Assembly (NCBI RefSeq): GCF_009914755.1 | Contig: NC_060927.1 | DNA length: 64,000 nucleotides | Source of the DNA: the human T2T-CHM13v2.0 reference genome, Homo sapiens | Reading direction: 5' to 3' (one strand) | Shown here: positions 1-22,800 of the stretch, one piece after another | How positions within the stretch are numbered: the first letter of the stretch is position 1 | Layout: every line of letters begins with the position of its first letter | Position numbers and translations under genes: made by a program | Notes under the pieces: model-generated | Databases searched by the model: none | The model's input: the letters and a program-made list of their open reading frames with translations, nothing else | Told to the model about the DNA's origin: nothing

Positions 1-1060
1 GGCCTTAATGGATCCCGCGGGCTGTGTGGCGCCTCAGGCCTCTGCTGGCGGCGACGACGACCGTTACCCCAACGGGCAAAGCCACTGTCATCCCCGAGAC
101 TCCCCCGCCGCCGTCGTCGCTAGCGCTCGCACGCATGCGCAGAGCACACTCTCACCCCTCCCCCCTTTCCTCTCCCTTCGCTTCCCTTTTCCCTTGCTTC
201 TCCTCTAACAACCCCCTCCACAGCCTCCCAGAGCTACCGGCTCACTCCACGCATGCGCAAGCTGCTACCTAGCTCCGCCGCCTTTCGCCCTTCCGCGTGC
301 GCTTTGACCGCCCACCCAGAAAACCGGATAAACACATCAGCCTGCTCGCGCCAGTCCCTCACCGCTGCCAACCCACCCTGGGCTCACTGCGCATGCCTGG
401 CTCTCCACTTCGACTCTCAGAATGGAGCATGCTCTCTGCGAGCCGACAGCTCTCTTCGCCCCTCCCCCACGTGCTCTCAAATTCCCTCTCCCAGGCATGT
501 GGGCTGTGGTGAAACATTCGTTAGCTGGCACATCCTTCCCCAGTGTGGGCTGCAGGCTTCCCGCATTACACTGCTTCTGTGCCCGCCAACGCCGGGGCCC
601 GACTTGGTAGCGCCATGTGGCGCTCTGCACTGGCCTGAACGCGGCCTCTCGTCCTGACTGACCGCGGTGTGAGGAAATAGCCGCGCCAGGCCCCAAGCCC
701 CGCCCTCGCGGCCTTTCTCCTGGAACCGCTCATCCCGACCGCGGAAAGGGCGCAGCCTCGGCTGGCTGGCAGGCTCTCGCCGAGCCGGGAAGGCTGCAGT
801 AGTCAACGTGGCTGCGCGCCCAGCAGGCGTGCGGACGGCTTTTGCCGGGTCGGGGCCGCGTTCCGCACCTCTCTGCGGTGGTTCGCAGTCAGAGGGCTCT
901 AAGGCCCTGGCAGGCTGTATGTAAGCGTGGAGGCTCGAACCCACTGCCCCCTCCTACCCGTCGGACCCGCGCTGTTCCCACGGCCTCTGGCCCTTGGACT
1001 CGTGCGGCCTCACCTTCATGGGTGCCGATCAGGACTTCACCGAGCTCTCACCGGAACAGA
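1..1060. promoter_or_regulatory. CpG-island promoter, probably the upstream portion of the minus-strand MSL2 promoter
   Basis: Very GC- and CpG-rich with no repeats. It has three NRF1-like GCATGCGC/GCGCATGC motifs (129-141, 249-259, 388-398) and a GC box. The MSL2 assignment rests only on the known human gene order next to PCCB. Confidence 0.8.
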
Positions 1061-2224
1061 GTCCTGTTTTAAAAACAAAACGAACTCCTTTTTTTTTTTT
1101 TTGAAAGACCTAGCTTTTTTAAAAGACCTAGCTCTTCTGTGTGAACAGATGTCTTGAAGAATGCGTGATCTTGCTCTAGAACAAACCCAAATCCTTGCAA
1201 ATGTTTTGTTTTTTAAAACAAGCTTTTGCCTTTTGTTTTTGCAGGAGATCAAGGGCACTGGGATATAAATAAACAAAAGCCTGACTTAGTAGATGACTTC
1301 CCTCCCATCTCAAAGTACAAAACCTTTTTTTGAGTAGCACAAATAGTAACAGGCCATAGGAAGCATTTCTTATCTCTGTACACACCAAAGCTCCTCAGCA
1401 TAATTTTTCATGCACAGTAGGTACTCTATACGTTTGCAAAGTGAAAATTATGATGCGTGTAAATCTATTGTGGCACATGTTACATATGTACACAGGCACG
1501 TATATGGAACATGTAAATGTGGTACGTGTTAGTTACAAGCTGCCACTTGAGGTGAGTAGGAATAGTTAAGATATCAAGGGAACACATATAATCTCGATTT
1601 ATAATTTCTATTACCATTTGAAGACAGGTTTTTTTTTCACAAGACCTACCATATTATCAACACTTAAATATTAAGCAGTAAGAATATAACTTCCTAATTT
1701 TGATTAGCTGTGCAAACTGTATTTGGTTGTCTTATACGTGGAAAATGACAAATATTCTAAAAGCCACTCTCATTTTTAAAAGCTCTCTTTTTTTTTTTTT
1801 TTTTGCATAAGAGATCTTTTCTAAGCTCTCCTTCAAATAAAATTGTTACACGGTTCTATTTTTACTCCAGACTCTAAGGTCTTCTCCCACAACACAGAGG
1901 TGGTTCTCCCCAAAAGGAGCAACACAGAGTAAAATAATCAGCACTGTTTTCCGTTAAGACAATAAATTAGCAGTCACCCTAAGCAAGTGATTACTTGCAG
2001 GGCATTAACCTTGCTAATTTTCTCATAACTGGATTTTTACAAATGTCTTCAGATGTGTACACCCCAAATTAAGATTAATTCTGTTGATCATTCGTGTGCA
2101 TGGACGTGAGAGAGAAAACGTGTGTTAAGCCAGTTCTTTTTTAGCTTCTGAAATTGGTTGCAACTGGTAATAAGAGTATTGTACTTAGAGGCAAAGAATC
2201 TTGAGGTATATTCTCTTCTAATAT

Positions 2225-5553
<3,329 letters not shown>

Positions 5554-5569
5554 TATAACTCAAATTTCT

Positions 5570-6546
5570 TTTTATTTTTATTCTTTTATGTTTAGTTCTG
5601 GGGTACATGTGCAGGATCTGCAGGTTTGTTACGTAGGTAAACGTGTGCCATGGTGGTTTGCTGCACCTATCAACCCATCACCTAGGTCTTAAGCCCAGCA
5701 TACATTAGCTATTTTTTCCTAATACTCTCCCTTTCCCCACCCCCCCATCCCCGACAGGCTCCATCCAGTGTGTGTTGTTCCCCTCCCTGTGTCCATGTGT
5801 TCTCATTGTTCAGCTCCCACTTATAAGTGAGAACATGCAGTGTTTGGTTTTCTGTACCTCCGTTAGTTTGCTGAGGATAATGGCTTCCAGCTTCATCCAT
5901 GTCCCTGCAAAGGACATGACCTCATTCCTTTTTATGGCTGCCTAGTATTTCATGGTGTATATGTACCACATTTTCTTTGTCCAGTCTGTGGGTATTTGAT
6001 GGGCATTTGGGTTGATTCCATGTCCTTGCTATTGTGAATAGAGCTGCAATGAACATACACATGCATATATCTTTGTAATAGAATGATTTATATTCCTATG
6101 GGTATATACCCAGTAATGAGATTGCTGGGTCAAATGGTATTTCTGGTTCTAGATCTTTGAGGAATTGCCACGCTGTCTTCCACGATGGTTTAACTAATTT
6201 ACATTCCCACCAACAGTGTAAAAGCACTCCTATTTCTCCGCAACCTCGCCAGCATCTATTGTTTCTTTACTTTTTAATAATGGTGTTCTGACTGGTGTGA
6301 GATAGTATCTCATTATGGTTTTGATTTGCATTTCTCTAATCAGCGATGTTGAGCTTTTCTTCATATGCTTGTTGGCTGCATGAATGTCTTCTTTTGAGAA
6401 GTGTCTGTTCATATCCTTTGAGCACTTTTTAATGGGGTTGTTTTTTTTTTTTGTAGATTTGTTTGAGTTCCTTGTAGACTCTGGATATTAGAGCTTTGTC
6501 AGATGGAAAGATTGTAAAAATATTCTCTCACTCTGTAGGTTGCCTG
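5570..6546 (-). mobile_element. 5'-truncated L1PA (older subfamily) 3' end, ~1 kb
   Basis: Reverse-strand L1 3'UTR and ORF2 C-terminus; ORF 6230-6412 reads [20 protein letters not shown]-rich tail at ~5566-5590. Confidence 0.9.
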
Positions 6547-7448
6547 TAATTTTTTTTTTTTTTTTTTTTTTTGGAGAGATGGGAGTCTAGCCATGTTGTC
6601 TAAGCTGAAGCTATCCGCCCCCAGCCTCAGCCTCCCAAAGTGCTGCTGGGATGACAGGCATGAGCCACATATTTCTTAAACTATCAATTTAAGATAATGT
6701 CTTCCTTTTTTTTTTTTTCTGGAGACAGGGTCTTGCTCTGTCACCCAAGCGGGAGTGCAGTGGCAAGATCTGGGCTCACTGCAGCCTCTACCTCCTGGGC
6801 TCAGGTAGCTCAGCCTCCCAAGTAGCTGGGACTACAGGCACACACCACCACGAATTTTTAGTAGAGACAGGGTTTTGTTATGTTGCCCAGGCTGGTCTGA
6901 ACTCCTGGTCTCAAGCTGTCTGCCTGCCTCAGCCTCCCAGAGTTCTGGGATTACAGGCGTGAACCACCGCACCCAGCCTGAAATTTAAATTTAACAGCAT
7001 TCTTATTTTATCTGGTAACCTAAAGTGTGTATGCTTTCACTATAACCTTATGTTGTTTTCAATCTTGCCTTGGAAACTCTTGTGAATGGAGTTCTTTTCA
7101 TTTCATCAACATGTGTTTACTAAGCCTCTGCTCTAGCAAAGCCCTGTACCAGAGTCTGGGAAGGTAAGACAGGCTCTGCCTTTAAGGTTAGAAGTCCTTT
7201 CTTACTCCTTTTTGTATTAACTAGAGAACTCAGCAAAATTTTTCAGTCATGGTTTCTCATTCAAGTCAACTCTTCTGGACTCATTTAGTTCAAGGGTCAC
7301 CATATGAAGTAAGAGAAAATTAACCTGCTACTGGGTGTATAAATTGATAGAATATTTCTGAAGGACAACAGGCAATATTAAAAGCTTGTGAAGTTTACAG
7401 AGCCTCAAAACTAGCAGTTCCACATAAGTCTCTAATTGATCCTAAGTT

Positions 7449-8515
<1,067 letters not shown>

Positions 8516-8540
8516 GATCTAAGACAATAGGATAATCTAG

Positions 8541-8759
<219 letters not shown>

Positions 8760-9287
8760 TAGTAGAGACGGGGTTTCACCGTGTTAGCCAGGATAGTCTC
8801 AATCTCCTGACCTCGTCATCTGCCCGCCTCAGCCTCCCAAAGTGCTGGGATTACAGGCGTGAGCACAGCGCCTGGCCAGAGATTTTTATATAATAATCAT
8901 TGCAGTTGTTTATACTATTTTAAAAAGAACCAATCCAAATTTCCAGATTGAAAACAACCTATATTATGGATATATCTACATAGTAGAATATTATATAGCT
9001 ATTAGGAATGATGTAAAAAATTAAAATGATATAAAAATGTATTTATTGACAGGGGAAGATATTCATAATATATTAATTTTTTTAAACCCTGATTAACAGA
9101 ACAATTTTGGAAAAACTAAATATCCATGCATGGTAAAAAGATGACTATAAAGACATACACCAAAATATTATTTTTTTCTGGATAGTGGGATTGTGGAAAA
9201 TACTTGTTTTTCTTATTGTCTGTATACCCATTTTGAATTAAAGCTTCCCTCTTCTATTCTCCAATATTGCCAAGTGCTTACCTCTTT

Positions 9288-9740
9288 CTTTTCTTTTTTG
9301 AAGGCAGTTTTATAATTTTATTCGATGTATTTGACGATCAGCGATTAGTTCTCATCCACGTTGAGTCTACAGATTTTTGAAGGTGGTAACAGGTATATAG
9401 GTAACCAAAGTATAGAAATTATTTGGTGAATCTTCATCCTCATTACGTTTTCTGGACAACAGCACACAGATTCAGTATGGAACATTCCTTGTTCCTTTGG
9501 CCCAGACAGCTTTGTTGAGCCTGGTATCAATGTGCACATCTGGAGTTCCCATCTCCTTCATGGCACATTTCCGAATCTCTTTGAGTGCCCTAGGGGCACA
9601 CTTCTGGAAGCCCGCTCCATAGATGTGGTTGTGAATGTTGATGGTGTATGCTCGGGTCACTACCTCGTTGATGGCAGAACGGCCTTTTTTCTTCTCGCCA
9701 CCCTTCTTTGTGGAAGCCATTCTGCCAGGTCCAAGTTGAT
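9288..9740 (-). pseudogene. RPL31P: Processed pseudogene of ribosomal protein eL31 (RPL31)
   Basis: ATG at 9720 gives [30 protein letters not shown]...NVPY*, with a premature TGA at 9472-9474, a second stop and a small deletion before ...NVDEN* (9345). It is intronless, with AATAAA and an A-rich tail. TSD GTG(C/T)TTACCTCTTT at 9274-9287 and 9748-9761. Confidence 0.95.
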
Positions 9741-10469
9741 AAAAAGCGTGTTTACCTCTTTTGTTGCACTACCACACTATGCTGCAGTTGTTGGTTTAGC
9801 CCTGTTTCCTCCCCATTATATTTCTATAACTCTTAGGAGGTCAGTTTTCTCCCTCTTTGCCTCTTATCCTCATTGCTTAGCATAAGGTCTGACATATAAT
9901 AGGAATTCAATAATTGTTAAAATAATGATTAATGTGACAATATAAGTAAATTCACTAGTATAGTGTGTAGTACCTAATAGGCATGGAAAATTGTTTGCTT
10001 TTTCCTTGGGGAGAGATATAAAATGCCTTACAAATTTGAAGCCAGTTCTTGTTTCAGCTTGATCAAATCAATGTTAATTATAAGGTCCTTAATAAAACCA
10101 AAAGTGTGAATTGATTTGAAACACTCAGAATATCAATCATCAAGTATTTATTGAATGCACTCTAGCACTTTGGAGACAATGAAGTAAATACAGAAATAGT
10201 TGTAGTTATGTTTTCAAAGAACAAAGATCAGGCAAGCAGTCAGAGAGACTTTCTGACGGGTTAGATTGTTTACAAAATAGCTAATTTTTGTCTTCCTTTC
10301 CCTTCCTCTTTCACCCTCCTTCCTCTGTCCCCTCCTTTATCTTCCTCCACCAAAAACTCTCTGTAGAGATGATGTTCCCTCTCCCACTTTCTCAAGTTGC
10401 ATTCTCCCTCATTGCTTATTATTTCTATCCCATCGTTTTCACCATTATACACATCCCTACCAGATTTTA

Positions 10470-10718
<249 letters not shown>

Positions 10719-12126
10719 TCACCACTATACGCCAACCCAGGTGACAGAGTGAGACCCTGTCTCAAAAACAAAAGCCACAAATGCTTAATCTACTGTCATT
10801 GTGGAAACCAATAAATCTAATTAAACACAATCTATGGGAAAGTAAAAATAGCATAATCTAAACTCATGAAAAATCTTCAGAGATTGGCCAGGGTAGTACT
10901 TCTTTATAGGGAGCAGTAAACCAGATGAAATTAAACTAGGCTGTAATTCAGACTGATACTTCTGTTCTTTCCTGATCATTCCTTTCTGACCATTACCAAA
11001 CTTCCTCTTCCATCCTCTGCTCTTAGCTGTGGTCATAGCTCTCCCCTCCTCAGTCCTAGAGCTCCCAAGAACCACCTCCCTTCCCCCTCCAAGCAATTCC
11101 TGCTGATATTTTTTCCATAACATTTTCCAAATCAATGTATCTCTCCATTGATTTAATCCAAAAACATGTATTTAGCAAGTCAAGCACTCATTTATTTTAC
11201 ACCTCAAATATTAAATTTTTTTTTTATCTTCTTCATCTCTAACTCCAGCCTTAACAAAGCAGCTTGCTTTATTGGTCATCTACCTAAGACAGTGCCAAAC
11301 GCATTAAGGGATCCACTAAATGTTACTGTTTTTATTCCCCAAGACACTTTCAACAGTATTCAAATGCCTATTAAATTTGTCCATTCATTTATGCAACCAA
11401 CGTTTATTGCCAGTTATATGCCAGGCATTCAGAATACAAAAATGAATAATTCAACAGTTTCTAGCCCTCAAAGAGTTCACAGTCTAGTTGGGGTGGCAGC
11501 TATGTACACGGCTAATTTATAATTCAGAGTAGTAAGGATTTAGGGATCTACTTGACGCAAATCTAAAATGTCTTAGCAGATATGTCTGTTACATTATGAG
11601 TTAAACAAGCTTGTGTGGACTTTCCTGAGAAAAATAACTGCAATTATTCATGGCATTGTTTCTAAGGGAAAATGTGTTCTGCATTCCAAACAGTCAATTT
11701 AAAATTGAATTTTTGGAATACAGCCCATTTTCCCCTGGGGGCTATTTCTCCATTATCTAAGAATCCCTCTCTGTCTTAGGACAGTTTTCATACACAACTC
11801 CCACCTGTTCTACATAGCATATGGTACTACCTGCAGGTTGCATAGTTTCATGGTCATCACCTTCCTCACCTGGGCTCTGCACTACATGTTTAAGATAGTC
11901 CTCTGATCAAGCAGGTTGAGTTAAGCAGGTAGGACTGAAGTAGCCCCAAATCTGACTGTTTTAACATTTCACTATTAGAGAAGGTAGTGAGGAAGAGTCC
12001 ATCAAGTAAGTGATGAAAGTTTGGAATTGCTGCTCTGTGAAAGGGAGAGGGAGTTGATTAAGGACATTAAAAAAGATTACTCATGCGTGTAATCCCAGCA
12101 TTTTGGGGGCCAAGACGGGCGGATCA

Positions 12127-12429
<303 letters not shown>

Positions 12430-12502
12430 CTATAGAGTCTTAGACAATAAAGGTTTAAAAATGGTCTTTGCAATTCCAAGACAGACTAAGCTAGGAATGA
12501 GG

Positions 12503-12549
12503 TGTTTGTTTGTTTGTTTGTTTGTTTGTTTGTTTGTTTGTTTGTTTTT
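12503..12549. repeat. (GTTT)n microsatellite derived from an Alu tail
   Basis: About 11 perfect GTTT units directly preceding a minus-strand Alu. Confidence 0.9.
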
Positions 12550-13006
12550 GAGACAGGGTCTTGCTCTGTCACCCAAGCTAGAGTGCAGTGGTACGATCAG
12601 TCTCACTGCAGCCTCAATCTCCCAGGATCAATGGGTCCTCCCTGCCTCAGCCTCTCAAGTAGCTGAGACTACAGGCGCATGCCACCATGACTAATTTTTG
12701 TATTTTTGGTAGACACAGAGTTTTGCCATGTTGCCCAGCCTGGTCTTGAAATCCTGGGCTCAGGCAATCTGCCCACCTTGGGCTCCCAAAGGGCTGGGAT
12801 TACAGGTGTGAGCCACCATGCCCAGCTGGAATGAAGATTTCTAACCTGAAGTTGAACAAGCTAGACTTTTTGAGCCCTTGTTATTCCTGAGCTTTGAGAG
12901 GGAGCATGGGGCAGTGGAATAGCATGAACAAAGCTTTATTTCAATACTTACTGTGTAGATTTGGGAAAAATTATTCAAGTTCTCTGAGCCTTAGTTTTCT
13001 TATCTA

Positions 13007-13331
<325 letters not shown>

Positions 13332-13484
13332 TTATCTGGGCGTGGTGGCACAAACTTAGGAGGCTGAGGTGGGAGGATCATCTGAGCCTGAGAGGTCAAG
13401 GCTGCAGTGAGCCATGATCATGCCACTGAGCTGAAGCCTGGGCAACTGAGTGAGATCCTGTCTAAAATAAAAATTAAATATATT

Positions 13485-14030
13485 AACTCATTTAATATGC
13501 TCAACAACACTATGAAGTAAGTACTATTATTATTATCCCCATTTCACACATGAGGAAACTGAGGCACATAGGTCTAATAATTTGTTCAAGGTCACACAGC
13601 TAACATAAGGTAAGAATTGAATCCAGGCAGTCTGGTTCCAGAATCGCTACTCTTAACACTATTCTATAAATTCACAAAGGGAGGGAACTCAGTAGGAAAA
13701 ATAGGTTTGGAGGGAAATTATGAATATAGGTTTTGGACAGGTACAGTGTGAAGTGGCTATGGGACATCCAAATTAAATGTCCAATAGGCAGTTGGATAAA
13801 TGAATCTGGCATCCTGGGTATAGGGGTGAGGGATTTGATTTGAAGGTATAGACTTGGGAGTCAGCAGCATATGGCAATAGAAACTATGGGAGTGATAGAA
13901 ATTACCCAGGAGGAGTAAGAAGAGAAGAATGCTAAGAATGAAGTTGTGATGACCACCAATATTTAAACAAAGTGCAGAGGGAAAGGATCCCACAAAAGAG
14001 AATCAGAAGGAGAGGTAGGCAGCAAACTGG
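13485..14030. mobile_element. MIR followed by L2 fragment
   Basis: MIR core (attatccccatttcacacatgaggaaactgaggcac...aaggtcacacagc), then L2-like purine-rich sequence. Confidence 0.7.
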
Positions 14031-14157
14031 AAAGATGTTTCATTTTCAGTGAGGTAATGTGTGTAAATAATTTAGCATAATAACCAGCAGACAATAGGCA
14101 TCCCAAATGGTAACTTCTTTTACCATTAAAGTCTCATTTGAAGGTTATAGTCCTTAA

Positions 14158-14524
<367 letters not shown>

Positions 14525-16329
14525 TAGCAGAGGACTTTACCTCTTTCTTTACCTCCAAGGAGAAAATAAAGATCTCCTTCTTTTCTACATCAAAATATTC
14601 CACAATTCCCCTTCCTGTCATTCTTTTCTCTGTTTCTGGTTTCCTCCAGGAATTTGCTCCATGGTTTTCCCAAGTCCTACTTCTTCAGCATCCGGTGGTA
14701 TAGTGGTGAGCATAGAAACTTTCCAGGTCTTAACGTCTTCAGCCTTCTGTCCCTCACTACTATCTTCCCCAGTTCTGCCCAGCTATGCTGTATGCTCCCA
14801 AATCCATCTTTCAGTCCACATCTGTCCTGTTTTGTGATCTGTCAATCTTTTGCAAGAATTAAACCTTATTTTGATTTTTAATTAACTATTTCTTAGTCTC
14901 TTAAAATCAGATTTCTCTCCCCACAACTCTACTGAAACGATATTCTTCAAAACTACAGAGGAACTGGGCATAGTGGAGCTTGGCGGTGGGTGGCGCAACC
15001 TCCCAGCACTTTGGGAGGTCAAGGTGGGTGGATCCCTTGAGCCCAGGAGTTCGAGACCAGCCTGGGCAACATGGCAAAACCCTGCCTCAGTTTAAAAAAA
15101 TAAAAATAAACCACAGAAGGCCCCCAGTGTTTGACTTTTTAAAATTATCCAATGACTATTTTGAACATTGCTGTATTAAATTGCCCTTTCTTGTCCCTAT
15201 GTTATGTCTTGGGCAGATTCCATAACTTTGGTTATTTTTAGTTAATAAAATATAGTCTAATTTAAAACTTTGAATCAGAATTGGATTTAGCCGAAATCAG
15301 AGAGAACCTAAAATAACAATGCTAAAGCAAAATAGAAATTGGCTTATTCTATGTAAAAAAGAAAGTCTGGAAGAAAGTCATGCACAGTTAGTATGGCAGT
15401 TCCACTGTTATCAGGGATCCAGGCTCTGTCTTCATACTCTACCATCCAAATATATACCTTCTACCTTCAAGGTTATCTAATAGTCCAAGATGGCTCCTGA
15501 AGCTTCAGCATTTCACATTTCAACTAACAGCAAGGCAAAACGGGAACACAAGGGCCCACCTCCCAGCTGAGTCAGCACCTTCTAACCAGCCTCCAGTTTT
15601 AAGCAGCCCACATAACACTTTTCTTACATTTCTTTGGCCATAATTTAGTCACATTGCCATGCTCAGTTGGAAGGGAATCAGAAAAGTAGTCTTTTAGTGG
15701 GTTTGTGAACATGACAAATTCACGTTTTGTTGTTGCTGTTGTTGTTTTCTTTTGTTTTTTTTGAGACAGAGTCTTGCTCTGTCGCCCAGGCTGGAGTGCA
15801 GTGGCATGATCTCAGCTCACTGCAAACTCTGCCTCCCAGGTTCAAGCAATTCTCTGCCTCAGCCTCCTGAGTAGCTGGGATTACAGGTGTCCACCGCGAC
15901 ACCCAGCTAATTTTTGTGCTTTTAGTAGAAACGGGGTTTCGCCGTATTGGCCAGGCTGGTCTCGAACTCCTGACCTCGTGATCCACCCACCTCGGCCTCC
16001 CAAAGTGCTGGGATTACAGGCGTGAGCCACCGCGCCCAGCCAGAAGTTCTGTTATTAAGGAACAAGGAGGGAATAGACTTTGGGTGGCAACTAGCAATTT
16101 CAGCCACAAACTAAACACTTTAAAACATTTAAAAATCTCAACTCTTCCTTTCCCTGTCATTCTTGAAGATCTAGCTTCTCTGGTGTGTTGGTGAAACAGA
16201 AGAGAAAACAGGACAAGGGCGGTGGTGCTCTCAGGTCCAGACCAGAAGAGGCAGCTCTGGCCATGCTTCCCTATCTGCCAGGTAGAGGGGTCCACAGAGT
16301 AAAGAAAATTTGCCCCAGAGCCTAATAAG

Positions 16330-17390
<1,061 letters not shown>

Positions 17391-18294
17391 ATGCATCTGT
17401 CCAACTGGGAAGGGCCGCAGTTCTGTTTCTGATGGTTGCCACTGTTTCTCTGACCAACTGTCAACTGAAGTTCTGAATAGATGGCAACCAAGTGCAGGGT
17501 CTCTCTTGGAGTGCATGTTTGCATTTTTCTAGACCACTTCTGTGTGTCCACTCCACTGCACAGTCCCATGATATGGAAGAATATCTCCGCCTTAACCACT
17601 TCCAGAGCCTCTTTCATTCATACTCCCAGCATTCAATCCGCAGCTTCTTGCTGCTAGGACCTCCTTGCCTGGTGATACCTCGCTATAAGGAGTATTGCCA
17701 AGATGGCTCACATCCCAGCTATTTTTCTCAGGTCCCCCAGAACAGGACACACTCATCTTTGCTACAGTGGGAGTTTAGTTTTCTCCACAGCCCACCACCA
17801 ACCCCCATCTGCCATCTCCGGTTCCTTTTCCTTTGCTCAGATCAAGTTCCCAGCCCAATAATACATTCAATCAGAAAACCACTCTTCCCTTCCTGCTCTC
17901 CTGCAGCTCCAATCCCACTTGGCACTGGAAATAGAGGAAAAGCACAGCGTCCTTGGGAGGGGAACAAGAAGCCTCTGGCCATAAATGCACAACCAGAAGA
18001 CTGGACTCTCATGCTCCACTTCTCTGTTTTTCTATGAACTAGGAAGAGTGTTGAGGTGGTGGCAGGTGATGGCAGGGCTGGTTTTGTTGCCTCTTAGTCC
18101 TGAAGAAGGTGTTGAGGATACTTAGAGCTTAATTGTCTGCAGTTATAGGCCCAAAGCACCAATTGTGGAACAAAGGAAAGGTATCATTCAACAATATCAA
18201 CCTACTTTACAAAATCTTAACCCTTATTCTTCTTAGCTGTTCTAAAAAAACTTCCTGTTATTCATCACATCTTTCTTTCTAAAACATTCTTCCC

Positions 18295-20200
<1,906 letters not shown>

Positions 20201-20538
20201 TGATGCCTCTTCTGAGCTTCAAATTTGCATCTCAAACTTCTTGCTTCTATCTTCAGCTAGATATCCTTGAGTCACCTTAAAATTTATACATCTAAAGCCA
20301 AACTCATCATCTTTTCTCCAATATTCAGATCTCGCTTTCCTATACTCTATTCTATCATTATGTCATCATCTCCCTTTCTGTCAAGTTTATAACCTTAGAG
20401 TTACTCTTTGACCATTCCTCCTCAATGTCTTGTCAATTCTTTCTTAAAAAGAACAACAAATCACTTTATTACAAATGTTCATTGTAAATAACTTACAAAC
20501 ACAAACAAAAAGACCACCTATAAATCTACCTGTTAATA

Positions 20539-21111
<573 letters not shown>

Positions 21112-21252
21112 TTATGTGTACAGAAATATATGGGTTTTTTTCTATCAAAATGAGATCATGAATATAATTCTATTTTGGAGCTTTTTTTTTTTCACTTGGC
21201 AACATGCCATAAACATTTTCCCATGTCATTAAATTTTCTTCTACAACGATAG

Positions 21253-21716
21253 TGTCACGCGCATCCATGTGAAGAAACTACCAAACAGGCTTTGTGTGAG
21301 CAAGAAGGCTGTTTATTTCACCTGGGTGCAGGTGGGCTGAGTGTGAAAAGAGAGTCAGCAAAGGATGGTGGGATTATCATTAGTTCTTATAGGTTTTGGG
21401 ATAGGTGGTGGAGTTAGGAGCAATATTTTGTGGGCAGGGGGTGGATCTCACAAAGTACATTCTCAAGGGTGGGGAGAGTTACAAGCAACCTTCTTAAGGG
21501 TGGGGGAGATTACAAATAACCTTCTTAAGGGTGGGGGAGATTACAAAGTACATTGATCAGTTAGGGTGGGGCAGAAACAAATCACAGTGGTGGAATGTCA
21601 TCAGTTAAGGCTATTTTCACTTCTATTGTGGATCTTCAGTTGCTTCAGGCCATCTGGATGTATACGTGCAGGTCACAGGGGATATGATGGCTTAGCTTGG
21701 GCTCTGAGGCCTGACA
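21253..21716 (-). repeat. HERV-H 3' LTR (LTR7B/LTR7C-like type II repeats)
   Basis: 464 bp with three copies of the TTGTAATCTCCCCCACCCTT-type repeat, a TATAAG box at ~21386-21391 and AATAAA. Confidence 0.9.
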
Positions 21717-22263
21717 TTCCTGTCTTCTTATATTTAAAGAAAAGCAAAACAAAATAGTCGTGAAGTGTTGGAGTGGCGAAAAATTTTGGGGGTGGTATGG
21801 AGAGATAATGGGCGATGTTTCTCAGAGCTGCTTTGAGCAGGATTGGGGCAGCATGGGAACCTTCAGTGGGAGAGATTCAACTGAAGAAAGATTTTGGGGT
21901 AAGGGGTGATATTGTGGGGTTGTTAGAAGGAGCATTTGTCATATAGAATTATTGGTGATGGCCTGGATGTGGTTTTGTATGAATTGAGAAATTAAACAAA
22001 AGACACAAGGTCTGAATAAGAGAAGGAGAAAAACAGGTATTAAAGTACTAAGAATTGGGAGGACCCAGGACATCCAATTAGAAAATGTCCAAGGGGGTTC
22101 AGTGTAATTACTTGTTTGGTTGGTGAGTTTTTGGGCTCTATTCTTGACAGAGTCCTTTTTCTTTTTTAAGTTGGAGGCTGAGCTTGGTGAGGTGTGTTTT
22201 TAAAAGACCATTAGTCCATTCTACCTTTCCTGAAGATTGAAGACGGTAAGAGGTGTGAAGGTT

Positions 22264-22800
22264 TCACTGAATACCAAGAGCCTGAGAAACTGCTTGGGTG
22301 ATTTGACTAGTAAAGGCCAGTCCATTATTGGACCGTATAGCGGTGGGAAGGCCAAACTGAAGAATTACGTCTGACAGAAGGGAAGCAATGACCGTGTCGG
22401 CCTTTTCAGATGCTGTGGGAAAGGCCTCTACCCATCCAGTGAAAGTATGTACCCAGACCGAGAGGTATTTTAGTTTCCTGACTTGGGACATGTGAGTAAA
22501 GTCAATTTGCCAGTCCTGGGCGGGGGGCAAATCCCCAAGCTTGATGTGTAGGAAGGGAGGGGGCCTGAACAATACCTGAGGAGTAGTAGAATAGCAGATG
22601 GAACACTGAGAAGTGATTTCCTTAAGGATAGATTTCCACGATGGAAAGGAAATGAGAGGTTCTAAGAGGTGGGCTAGTGGCTTGTAACCTACATGGAAGA
22701 GGTTATGAAATGATGACAGAATAGAATGGGCCTGTGAGGCTAGAAGGAGATACTTTCCTTGGTCCAAGAACCATTTGTCTTGTATGGGAAGAGACTGAAA
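22264..22800 (-). pseudogene. HERV-H integrase remnant
   Basis: HHCC-like H..H..CSIC, WQIDFTH and TGWVEAFP motifs. The second catalytic D is altered (SNNG) and the domain is truncated. Confidence 0.85.

Noticed and set aside
1-1160. Many overlapping 60-155 aa ORFs
   Set aside because: Expected in GC-rich CpG islands. No recognisable domains, and many lack a true ATG start.
17492-18037. 181-aa ORF in non-Alu sequence
   Set aside because: No ATG at the called start, no homology I recognise and no splice context.
21455-21555. Three ~31-bp direct repeats resembling an array
   Set aside because: Normal LTR7 U3 tandem repeats with no spacers; not CRISPR-like.
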